Part shown: one piece after another, positions 50,130 to 61,795 of the stretch | Layout: every line of letters starts with the position of its first letter | Numbering within the stretch: the first letter of the stretch is position 1 | Assembly (NCBI GenBank): GCA_965112735.1 | Contig: OZ218958.1 | Location: forward strand, 1,922,001-1,986,000 | Direction: 5' to 3' | Source: Phaeosaccion multiseriatum | Lineage: Eukaryota; Protista; Ochrophyta, other classes | Length of the DNA stretch: 64,000 nucleotides | Program-made: the position numbers and the translations under genes | Notes under the pieces: model-generated | Told to the model about the DNA's origin: nothing | Database searches by the model: none | Seen by the model: only the letters and a program-made list of their open reading frames with translations

Positions 50130-51639
50130 TTAACTTCTCCGTTGTTTCTTGCTACTCCCCGCCGCCGCTGCTGCTTGCGCGGCGCTGGCCTCCGAAATCA
50201 TGTTAATGACGATGGCGCTGAGCTCTAGGAAGACTCTTGTGTCGATGACGTCGACATTCAGCTGCACCTCGTCCTCCATCATTCGCTCGATGGCCTCCGG
50301 ACACCTGGGATGGCACAAGATGCCATGTGTGCAGCAAGCAGAGCGAGGGGTCGGGGAGGTGAGAAGGACAGGAGCTCACCACCGGGATAGTTGAGCACCA
50401 GTTGGTTGAGCGCCCGTTTGAACACAACGAAGCACCCGTTGCGAGCGGAGCAGATGTACGTACAGCAGGTGCATACCAAGTGAGGCGCAAGTGAGGTACC
50501 GGGCATCATAGTGTGGACGGAGTGTCTCCGCGCTTGGGAGACAGGATAGGATGGACAATCCCTTGGCCACAGTCACTCAGGCCAGGCCCACAGGGCGGCG
50601 CACGCCACGCACGCACGCACGCAACCCACGTCCCTCACCTCTGGTCAATCTTCAGCAGCACCTGTCCCATGTCCTCTCTGCCCAGCCTGTACAAGTTGTT
50701 GCTGAACTGGACCTTCTCGTCCGTGGTCACTGTTATAGCAGAGATGGCGTCTCCACCTGCCTCGTCGTAGCCGCCCCCCGTCCCACCGCTCCGATCTGCC
50801 TCCCCCTTGTCCGCCACTTTTGCATACCTGTGTGTGTGTGTGTGGGGGGGGGGGGGGGGAGGGGTAGGAAATGAAGCACACATTTCAGCACATATTTCAA
50901 CAGCAACGAAAAGCAGCGGCTTTGGGCATCCATCTGCACACCGACACTAATCGACCTGGACAAGGTTATCCCCTGTACTGATTATGGCCGGCGCACACTG
51001 TAACCTTGTCCAGGGTCGACACTAAGGTAAGCAATCATGCTCGAGTCGAGATAGCTGAGAGGCACCGCTCAGCGAGAAGCATCAAGCGCGCCGCCGGGAG
51101 TTCTTCCCTTTTTGAGGCTATTGTTTGCCAATGGGGGTGGCCCTGGCGCTGTTGACACTCGCCTTACACCCAAGCCCAGTCGACCCTCACCCCCCAATCA
51201 TCCCCATTGTACTCACCGATCTTCAAATTTCTTGGATAAAGTGTTGGCCAGGTGGAAGAACTCGCTATTCTCGCGGTTGTACGTCTTGCAGTTCTCCCAC
51301 ACCAGGCGGATGTCAGTGGCGCACTCGGCGGCACACCTGTACTTGCCCTCATCCAGGCGCTGGCGAATGGTGCCCAAGTCGATGGGCCGAGTAATGACCT
51401 GCGCGAGGAAAGCAATCAGTCAGTCAGTGTACATTCTAAGAACGTTGACTTGGGAGAGGGGGGATGGCGCAAAGGGAAGACGCAGACAGCACAGTGAGAG
51501 GCCTTGCCTGGGGATAGTCGTACAGCCGCAGCGCTTTCCAGTCCACCGGCTCTCTGAAAGGGTCCGTCTCTGGCCTGTTGAACAGATAGTCCAGGATTTT
51601 GCCCATTTGCTTGAGGCCACTCTTGCCTGGTTCAACCAT
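50130..51639 (-). CDS. Single-bromodomain plus ET-domain protein (GTE/BET-like)
   Basis: PFREPVDWKALRLYDYPQ|VITRPIDLGTI...DIRLVWENCKTYN (conserved Asn). ET: TTDEKVQFSNNLYRL...CPEAI...EVQLNVDVI. Confidence 0.92.
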
Positions 51640-52054
51640 TTGTGCTGCTGATCCTGGCCTACTCCGATTCCCTCCCTCCAGTAGGGCCTCCAGTAAGGCC
51701 TCCTAGGCCTAAGCTAGGCTTGCATATTCGCCATCTGAACAGTTCCCCTTTTGAAATCCACGAGTGGAGTATATGAAATGCTCAATGGGGTGTTTAAGGA
51801 GGAGGCTCCGCTACTGAGAGGGGAGGCGGAGGGAACCCCCCCCCCCTTTACTTTTAGACTCTTTTACTTTTACCATCATTACCCTCGTTGTCTTCCTCCT
51901 CATCGTCACCTCTCTGGGGATCTCTGCGTATATTATCGTTCAGCTGTGATGCACAAATTGATTCAAGAGTGCTGCGCCTAAGGCTCTCTGCGGGAAAGGC
52001 TTTTTGTAGCGGGGAAGATCCGGGATTTGAGGTACTTCACTCTGATTAGGACCC

Positions 52055-54981
52055 ATGCACGAGCACGAGCACCACAGGGAGGCAGTGGATCCACTGCCCG
52101 GGTTCGAAGGAGAAGACGAGCGCTACGTCCTTATCGCGGCACGTGGCTGCGCATCATGCCTCCCTCCGCTGTTGACGCTCTCTCTCACATCTTCTTCGGA
52201 TGATAAACACTTCCACCGGCCCGTGCGAGTCGAGTTCTGCTTTCCAGTGCGTAGCAAGAGTAGGGGCTGGTTCTTCAGGGCAGTCGGCGAGGAGGAACAG
52301 CAGCTGGTGGACGAGGTAGCGTCTGCACGACGAGCCGACAGAGAAGACGAAGAAGGGAATGTTGATCTTCCCGAGGCAGGTGACGATGACGGCGACCAAT
52401 GGCGCTGCCCAGGGTGCTTGCGACGAAATAGTGGAGGAAAGGGACGGACATGCTCTACATGCGGTCGAGAGGAGGGCAAGGACGCCTTAACGTGTGTGTC
52501 TCAGCTGTTCGCGAGGGGGGGCAAGGGGCAGGAGCGGGAGGAGGAGCCGTGGACGCCCTCGCTGCCTCTCCTGTGGGATAGCAAGGAGGAGAAGGTCGTC
52601 TCAAGCGACGCGGCAACAATAGCCTTGGTGGGTGCACGTTCGAGATGTACATCGGTCGGGCCGAGGTCATGCATACCCCTCCTTGAGATGATATGGCGGC
52701 GAAGGGGGGCTGTGCTTTATGCTTTGCTGCAGACAATACTTACCAGGCAAAGGCGGGCGGGTGGCTCATTACATCTGTCGTCTAATTCTGATTTGTCGAA
52801 CCCGTCCCTCGCCGCTGTTTGCCATTCGGACTCTCCTGTTCGTACCTCTCTGAATGTAGCTCCTGGCTCAGCGATTCCCGACGGCCAATAGAACCGACCT
52901 GTTCCCACACATTGAGAGGTGAGAGAGAGAGAGCCCTTCCATGGGCCAGTGCAGGCAATAACGTCCTGACGTGTGGTTGGGTGTCACTGTACTACTTCAC
53001 TACTGGCCTGATGTGGTGCCTTATGGTAATTCTCTGACTCTCTTTCATGTCTCATCATCAGCCTCGTGAACTCGCCCCCTTGTCCTCCTTCGGCCCACCC
53101 AACTGCAGTGAGGAGGAGTATGTTGCCCACGAGGATTTGGTGCATGAGCTGCTCGAGCACCTTCACGCGGTGCCTGCGCAGGTAGGGAGGGAGGGATGGA
53201 GGGGAGGGGAGGGGAAGGGAGGAGAGTGGAGGCGAGGAGAGGAGAGGAGAGGGGAGGGAGGGCGAAAGAGGGAGCCTGTTGGATGGGAGGGTGCATTGGG
53301 GCATTAATGAGTGTTCAACTCTGTCCATCCAAGGCCTCCTCACCTCCGCCTCTCCTCTGATCTCTTTGTCTGTCTAGCTGTACGTCTGTCTGGTACAGCA
53401 CAACGCCACACCCCGCCCACTTCTGTCATTCTATCAGAGAGCTGAAGCTAGAACTGAAACTTCAATTTGATCACCCTCCTCAGGTCTTGTCGTGTCCGTC
53501 GATAACCGACTTCCGCACCGTCGTAACGTCCCTTCACGTGAAGCTTGAGGCGTTAGAGGGGCACTTGTCGGAGGGGGGCTTCATCCTCGGCGACTCTCTC
53601 GCCTACGCTGACTTCGTCTTGTACGCCTTTGTGCTGAGCTTTGACGCTGCGCTGGTGCCTTTGTTTCGCTTGGGGAAGAGGCTGATTGCCACCGACTATC
53701 CCGCACTCACGGCACATATGGAGAGGTGAGTGAGTGAGTGAGTGAGTGAGTGAGTGAGTGAATGGAATGGATGGGTAGGGTGGATGGAGGCATGGAAGGA
53801 AGGAAGGCACGGCATAGAGAGAGGTAACCTGATTGAGTGAATCAATGGAATGGGTGAGTTAAGTTGAGTAAGTGAGTCTGCGGCAGTAGTAGGACGGTGT
53901 TCGTTGTTCACACATCCTTTTTTCCTTATGTTTCCCTCTCTCTCACGACCGATGGACTCGCTTCTTTGCTTCGCTGTCGGTCGGTCGGTCGGTCTGTCTG
54001 TCTGCCTGTCTGTCTGTCTGTCTGTCCTCCCCCCCCCCCTCCCTCCCTGCTTGGCCCAGAATATCTGCCCTGCGCTGTGCAAGGGACACGGTCAGTCTCC
54101 CAGATGTCATGATAATGTAAGCGGTGTGAAGCCCTCCATCGTGTGTGTGTTGTGTTGTGTGTGGGGGGAAGTGATGGGGCCATCACTCAGCTCGGAGCAC
54201 CCCTCTCCTCTCGTCTGACGAACGAGCAACATGCAGGGTCGGACGGACGCACCGAGGGACTCATTCACTCCCTCACTCCCCACATATTTGTACTTACGGT
54301 TACTCACTCACTCACTCACTCACTCACTCACTCACTCACTGGTCTCCTCTCCTCTCTTTCGCAGGCACTGGCGCGACCCCCGCCAAGGACCAAGTGCGGT
54401 GAGGGCAGACTTCATCCCCTCTCCGCCCGAGAGTCTCCAGGTGAGAGGCGCTGAGGAGGAGGGCCTGCAACCCCCCTAGTGACCAGTGACCAGTGATCAG
54501 TAACCGGTGACCAGTGCTTCGACATCACGCACGCTCCCACACCACCTGGCGCGGTGACCCAATCGCTATGCTTCGCCATGCTCGTACTCACTCATCCACT
54601 CATTCTTTGCTACTCGTACTTCCTTCCCTTTTTCGTGTCCCTCTATCGATGCAGAGGCAACTGAGCGAGGGAGGGAGCCACCCCAGCAGGAACGCGTCCG
54701 ACAAGGACTCGGGCAACGGGGATCACTACTTTATGCAGGTACCTCAGTCTCTTTGCATGCCTTGCTAGATGGGTCTCGTCCTTGTTCCCATTACAAGCTT
54801 TGAGTGTGGGCCCTCTCTCCTTTCCTCTTCTCCGTCCTCCTCCGTCCTCCTCCTCCTCCTCCTCCTCCTCCTCCGTCCTCCTCCTCCTCCTCCTCCTCCT
54901 CCTCCTCCTCCTCCTCCTCCTCCTCCTCCTCCTCCTCCTCCTCCTCCTCCTCCTCCTCCTCCTCTCCCTCCTTTCCCTCCC

Positions 54982-55012
<31 letters not shown>

Positions 55013-55507
55013 TCCCCCTCCTCCTCCTTCTCCTCTTCCTCCTCCTCCTCCTCCTCCTCCTCCTCCTCCTCCTCCTCCTCCTCCTCCCCCTCCTCCTCCC
55101 CCTCCTCCTCCTTCTCCTCCCCCTCCTCATCTTCCTGCTTTCCCTCTCCTCCTCTCCTCGTCCCACCCACACCCCTCTCCCTCCTCCTCCTCTCCCTCCT
55201 CCTCCTCTTACCTGTTTTCCTTCTTCGTCTCCTCTCTCCCTCCTCCTCCTGCTCCTCCTCATATTCATCCTCCTTCTCATCCTCCTCCTCCTCCTCCTCC
55301 TCCTCCTCTTCATCCTCCTCCCTCATCCCTCCTTTCCCCCTCCCTCCCTCCTCTCCCCCTCCCTCCCTCTCCTGTGGTCCTGTGCCCCAGGTTGTGCTGG
55401 CGTTTGTTCTGGGCGTGGTGTTGGCTATCATCGGAAAGTACTACATTCTCCCCAAAGGGACGCTCTACTTCCAAACTAGAGCTGCGTTGGGAGTAGCGGG
55501 TGGCTGA
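52055..55507 (+). CDS. Divergent glutathionyl-hydroquinone reductase (YqjG/ECM4)-like GST with an inserted RanBP2-type zinc finger and C-terminal TM
   Basis: RYVLIAARGCASC, SLPLLWDSKEEKVVSSDAATI, LEGHLSEGGFILGDSLAYADFVLYAFVLSFDA...DYPALTAHMER. Insert WRCPGCLRRN...CSTC; last exon VVLAFVLGVVLAIIGKYY...*. Internal exons are approximate. Confidence 0.7.
54830..55370. repeat. (CCT)n-rich intronic tract before the last GST exon
   Basis: Direct read. Confidence 0.95.
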
Positions 55508-55801
55508 CTGCTGAGGAGGGGAGTGAACGACGGAGTTGAGTTTTTGTGACTGTCGGATGTGCGAAGACCCATGTGAACCTCGCTCCTACAACAGATCCTG
55601 CCACTCGTCAACTCCTCCGTCTGACACGCGCGCAGTTCTCAAGAAGATGATGCGTACACGGGAAGGAGACTGCCAAGGACCAAGGAGGGGAGTGAGAGAC
55701 GTAGTGGAGCGGTTGCTGAAGGCGCATGTAAACCATTTAAGAGATGAAGGAAAGGAAGAAAAAGGGTCGACCCCTGACATCGGCGACTATCCACACATTC
55801 T

Positions 55802-55923
55802 CGATAGCATGCTATCGCCGATAGCAGATAGGACGCCGGCTGGCGCCGGCGATAGCAGATAGCACAACCCCACAACCCCCCCCCCAAAAGCCGGCTGACG
55901 CTGGCGATAGCAGATAGCACGCG
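55802..55923 (+). promoter_or_regulatory. Clustered GGCGATAGCAGATAGCAC element (plus orientation) upstream of BRCA2
   Basis: Three GATAGCAGATAG units plus the palindrome CGATAGCATGCTATCG at 55802-55817. Confidence 0.65.
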
Positions 55924-56158
55924 GATACAATCCCCCCTACCCTCACTGTACCACTGTACCCCCCACCCACTCACTGACATAATTTTCTCCTCCCCCCCCC
56001 TTGGCGGGATTGGCGCCTTCAAAATTGTGGGGCGCTAGGATAGGGCATGGAGGAGTAGTTCGGCACAAAAGCAGCCTAATGGAGTCCGTTTTGATTCGTG
56101 CATAGACGTCCCGCGAACTTGGTGCAAAGCAGGGGCATTTGGCGGGCAGCAACGGGGG

Positions 56159-57200
56159 ATGAAGACTCGGAGGAGCGGGGGAAGGAGGGACAAGGGCAAG
56201 AAAGCAATAGTGGACGCGGCCTGCTCGTCTCCTCCCCAGCCTTGTCCTCCTCCTCCAGCTGCAGGAAGGAAGGGAAGCAGGAAGAGAAAGAGGCCACAAG
56301 GAAAGCCCCATCGAGAAAACCCTCCCCCAGCCGAGACTCCAGACAAGGACGAGGGTAAGATGGCAAAAAGGCGGGAATGCTAGAGCTGTTCGTCTTTGCT
56401 GCTGGCCTCGCCGAACGTTGCTCCTGGGTGGGGGTGGAACTGGCCATTGCTCACTCACCCCACCCCCCACCCCCTCTGTGTTTTCTCTATGGTGTGCAGG
56501 ATGGCCAAACGGGGGCAAGCGGTGCTTTCCCACTTTCCCTCCTCTCAACGAGCGCATTTCTCTTCCTTCCGTCTTCTGGGGGAAGGGTGGCGTGGCAAAG
56601 GGTGTTGATGTGTCTTTGGAAGTGGTCTCGACGGCAGCTTTTCACGTCCTTGTGCCTCAGGGTGGCGCAAACTCGCACCCCCCATCTCCACCCGCCTCTG
56701 CTGTTGCTGCCATTGCTACTGCTGTTGGTGCTGGCACAGCTGATTGCGAGACAAATGATTGGGGAAATCTGATGGGTTTTGGTGTTGCTAAGGATGGAGC
56801 AGCTGTCGACAGCGTGCTCAGCCATGGTAGTGCAGACCCGAAGCAGAGGGCGGAAGAAGACTCCCTCTCTCGATTGGCCCCGCCACCGCAGGCATCCGCG
56901 CTTGCACGCGCAGCATCTCCTGCCGCCGCAGCTCCTTCGCAAGGGATTGGCGGGAAGAAGAGGCTGAGAGGGGAGACGAGCCACACGTCCACGAGTGGAG
57001 GAAGAATCAAGCGCCAGTACAATCTGTCAGGGAGAGGGGAGAAGGAAGGACCACCTACGGCAGCGGGACGGGGGAGGAGGAGTGAGAGCAGGGGCGAGGA
57101 AAGCGAAGGAAGAGGAGAAGAAGAGCAAGCAGAAGAAGAGCAAGAAGAACAAGAACAAGAACAAGAAGAAGAAGAAGAAGAAGAAGAAGAAGAAGAAGAA

Positions 57201-57232
<32 letters not shown>

Positions 57233-60200
57233 AGAGGAGCAAGGAGAGCAGCACGAGAGCGAGGACCTTGCCTTGGGACCTTCATGTTCACTGGTATCGA
57301 GCGTGCTTGGGGCCAGAGCAGTGGGCAAGGAGGAACTTGAGCAATCACCACGTGGCGATGATTTGAAGGGGGAAGCGGGCGAGACGACGGAGACAGCTAC
57401 AGAAGCAGACGAGTCTAGAAAGCGCGCGGAGGAAGAAGCCAGTACGGAACAACCGCCAGTGGCATCGTCGGCATCGTCGAAGCTATTATCATGCTCGTCG
57501 GAGGACCAGGAGGAGGAGGAGGAGGGAGTCTCGCCCGGCAGGTCACCGTCATGTCTATCATCCTCACCGACAACCTCCGTGACGAGGGGCGTCTTGGCGA
57601 GGGACACTCCGCCCCAGGCAGCCTCGCGTGAGAAGGGGGCAGGGGCAGGAGCAGGGGGAGGGGCATGGGCAGTAAGGGATGGGGGGGGAGGGAAGGGGCG
57701 ATATGAGAAGGACGGAGGAGCTGCCGTGGAGCACAACGGCGGACAAGATGAAGGAAAGTGCTTGGCAGAGGGGCGAAGCGATGATGATGGACGGCAAGCC
57801 TCGCCCCTCCTGTTACATTCCTCCCAAGCCAGTCTTCGCTTCGATGGGGCCGAGGAAGAGCCGGAGGAGGAGGGGGTTGAGCGGGCGGTGCGAAAGGCCT
57901 TGTTCACGCGGGAAGACGACAGAGGGCGGGGTGATGACGTGGTCATTCCTGAGACTCAGCTCTCCTCCACCTCGATGAAAGTGGTGCCCGCAGCAGTGGC
58001 TTCCCCACCTGCGCAGAGGGTGAAGATGCAGCAGGAGGAGGGGGCACTTGCGGGAGACTCGGGTGACCGACATGATAAGGAGGAGGCAAGTGGCGCAGAT
58101 GGGAGCAAGGTGACGGCACGCTTTGAAGCCCTTGTTGCTGGTGCTTTCCTCAAGACAAGCACGCACAGCCAGAGGAGCCAGCAGCAGAGAACGATCGGCG
58201 GCGGGAGGGAGGAAGGGGAAAGAGCTCTCAGCACACTCCAAGCTCAGAACGACAACAATCACAATCACAACCACAGCCACTCTGTGTCCCAAGAGGAGCC
58301 TCTTCTCTCTGCAGCAGCGCAAACAGCACCGAACGCGCCTCTTGGATCGGGCGGAGCCGAAGGCGAAGCTGCTGCAGCTATTGTGCCGTCAGCATGCGAC
58401 TCCCTGCAACCAACAGAAAGTCATGGGCACCAGGGTGGTGGTGCACATGCTCATACTCGGGGCGGAGGAAGAGCAGGGGGAGTAGGGGAGGGAGGAAACG
58501 GAGATGGGAGAGAGGACGTGGCCTGCAGCCAAAGCGAGTCCCCTGCGGCGGACTTCATGTACTTCCCGATGAGTCAGCTCAGTCCCACTCAGGCTCCGGC
58601 CGGTAGGTGTGTGCAAGTGTCGCTGGGGGAGAGCGCTGGAGCCCGCCTGGTCAAGGAACGGACCCCCCACCAGCAGCAGCCTCGGCTCGCAGCTGAGGGG
58701 AGGGAGCTGAGCAAGGCGGATGAGGATGTGAGCAAAAGTACTGCTCTTGCTAGTGGCGCTGGTGACGCCACCGTAGGAGGGGAGAAGGAGGCCCTTGCCG
58801 CTTGCGTCGCAGGGAAGGACGGAGCTCAGCAGGTGGATAATGTGCCTTCCCATGGAGAAGCTTCTCAAACGTGTCAGGGCGTCTGTGACGGAAAATTCCT
58901 GCCCGACGCATTGGCGATGGGGGTGCCTTTGGTGGGTGGAGGGACAGTAAGGTCCGTCACTTGGACAGCAGGTACCGCCGACAGTGACGCGAAACGTGCC
59001 TCGTCGTCCGCGGTATTCGAGAGCAACGAGGGAATCCCAGAGGCGCAGCTGGAGCCTTGTGGTGCACGGGCTGCACAGGCGGGCAGAAAAGAGGTGTACG
59101 AAGGGAGTGGGAGCATCGCAACGGCTGGCTTCAGTGGCTTCACAACTGCGAAGGGACGGTCAGTGACGGTGTCTGAGGAGGCAAGGGCGAAAGCATGCAA
59201 AATGTTCGAAAATGGGAAGGATCCAGGAAGGGCGACGGGGCCAGCACTTGAGGCTAGCAAAGCTACGATGAATGAGGGGAAAGCAAGCATGGCCAGCGCT
59301 GGGTTCAGTGGCTTCACTACTGCGAAGGGGAGGCCGGTGACTGTGTCTGAGGAGGCGAAGGCGAAAGCATGCAAGATGTTCGAAGAGGCGTCAGCACTTG
59401 AGGCTGGCAAAGGTGCAATGAATGAGGGGAATAGGAGCATCGCGACATCTGTCTTCAGTGGCTTCACTACTGCGAAGGGACGGTCAGTGACGGTGTCTGA
59501 GGAGGCGAAGGCGAAAGCATGCAGAATGTTTGAAGATGGGAAGGATCTAGGAAGGGCGACGGGGCCAGCACTTGAGACTAGCAAAGCTGCGATGAATGAG
59601 GGGAAAGCAAGCATGACCAGCGCTGGGTTCAGTGGCTTCACTACTGCGAAGGGGAGGCCGGTGACTGTGTCTGAGGAGGCGAAGGCGAAAGCATGCAAGA
59701 TGTTCGAAGAGGCGTCAGCACTTGAGGCTGGCAAAGGTGCAATGAATGAGGGGAATAGGAGCATCGCGACATCTGTCTTCAGTGGCTTCACTACTGCGAA
59801 GGGACGGTCAGTGACGGTGTCTGAGGAGGCGAAGGCGAAAGCATGCAGAATGTTTGAAGATGGGAAGGATCTAGGAAGGGCGACGGGGCCAGCACTTGAG
59901 ACTAGCAAAGCTGCGATGAATGAGGGGAAAGCAAGCATGGCCAGCGCTGGCTTCAGTGGCTTCACTACTGCGAAGGGGCGGTCTGTGAAGGTGTCTGAGG
60001 AAGCCAAGGCGAAAGCATGCAAGATGTTCGAAGAGGCATCAGCACTTGAGGCTGGCAAAGGTACAATGAATGAGGGGAATAGGAGCATCGCGACGTCTGT
60101 CTTCAGTGGCTTCACTACTGCGAAGGGACGGTCAGTGACGGTGTCTGAGGAGGCGAAGGCGAAAGCATGCAAGATGTTCGAAGAGGCGTCAGCACTTGAG

Positions 60201-61739
60201 GCTGGCAAAGGTGAAATGAATGAGGGGAATGAGGGGAATAGGAGCATCGCGACATCTGTCTTCAGTGGCTTCACTACTGCGAAGGGGCGTTCAGTGACGG
60301 TGTCTGAGGAGGCGAAGGCGAAAGCGTCCAAGATGTTCGAGGACGGGGCGAAGGGGCAAGCACTAGAGGCTAGCAAAGGTGCGGTGTATGAGGGGAATGA
60401 CGGGAAGGGAAGCCTTGCGACGGCTGGCTTCAGTGGCTTCACTACTGCGACGGGGCGGCTGGTGACTGTATCTGAGGAGGCCAAGGCGAAAGCGTGCAAG
60501 ATTTTCGAGGACGGGGTGAAGGGGCCAGCACTTGAGGCTGGCAAGGGTGGAATACATGAGGGGAATGAGAGGAATGAGAGCCTCGCCACGTCTGTCTTCA
60601 GTGGCTTCAGTACTGCGAAGGGGCGGCCGGTGCAGGTGTCTGAGGAGGCCAAGGCGAAAGCGCGTAAGATGTTCGAAGACGGGAAGGATCTGGGCAGGGC
60701 AACGGGGCCAGCACTTGAGGCTGGCAAAGGTGCGGCATATGAGGCGAATGAGGGGACGGGAAGCCTGGCGACGTCTGTCTTCAGTGGCTTCACTACTGCG
60801 AAGGGGCGGTCTGTGAAGGTGTCTGAGGAAGCCAAGGCGAAAGTATGCAAGATGTTCGAAGAAGGGCCAGTACTTGAGGCTGGCAAAGGTGCGGCATATG
60901 AGGCGAATGAGGGGACGGGAAGCCTGGCGACGTCTGTCTTCAGTGGCTTCACTACTGCGAAGGGGCGGTCTGTGACGGTGTCTGAGGAGGCCAAAACGAA
61001 AGCATACAAGATGTTCGAGGACGGAGCAGAGGACAAGAACGTTCCAGCAGCTGTGACCCGGGGAGAAGGTTCAAAATGTCAGAGAGCGCACCATAGGAGC
61101 GAGTGTGATGAGGGCGGGATTCTTTCAGCCCAGGGGGATGTGTCAGCACAGAGCAGCAAGTTGCTAGAGAGAGAGGAGCTTGCTGTAGAGAACGCGGCAC
61201 CTTGGAACGGAGGCAGAGGAGGCGAGGGCGGTGCGATAGAAAGCAGGCCTGCCGCTTCGGCCGAGGCCGATGAACCAACTCGAGCAGGTGACGGAGCGGC
61301 GACCCTCCAGGTAAGGGCATGATGGCAACCAACGGGGTCTTTTGCGAGCCCTTACCTCCCTCCCTGCTTCTCACATGCCCCACAAACGTTTTCCCACCAT
61401 GCATGTGTATGTTGATCACAAACACGACTCCAGAGATGCCCGCAGCAACCGCAACAGCCCCAAGTACAGCAGCAGGAAGGGCCCAAGATGCAGCAGCAGG
61501 AGGAGGCAAGTCTGACCCCACCCGATGGGAAGCCTGGCTTGCCTCCTGTCGCGAGCACTCCAGTGAATCCTTACGCAAAGGGTACCTCTGCTCAGCCGCA
61601 CCGGACGGGAGGGGGGTGTAGGGTATTGCGAGAGGTCGGAAACCAGGGTGCTCTGAATAACACCCGGGGGGAAGCCACGCCTCAGCAGCGAGGCCCCTTT
61701 CTTTGTGGGGATCAACGCCGGCAACAACAACAACAACAC

Positions 61740-61795
<56 letters not shown>

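Noticed and set aside
54478-54515. 7-bp CAGTGAC tandem repeat
   Set aside because: Short intronic minisatellite with no further signal.
54643-55496. Six overlapping homopolymer ORFs
   Set aside because: (CCT)n intron; only the last ~39 codons are a plausible exon.
59110-61020. CRISPR-like periodicity
   Set aside because: Units are in-frame coding repeats with related spacers; eukaryotic context and no cas genes.
58874-61036. 720-aa minus-strand repetitive ORF
   Set aside because: Antisense shadow of the BRC array; openness follows from the repeat.
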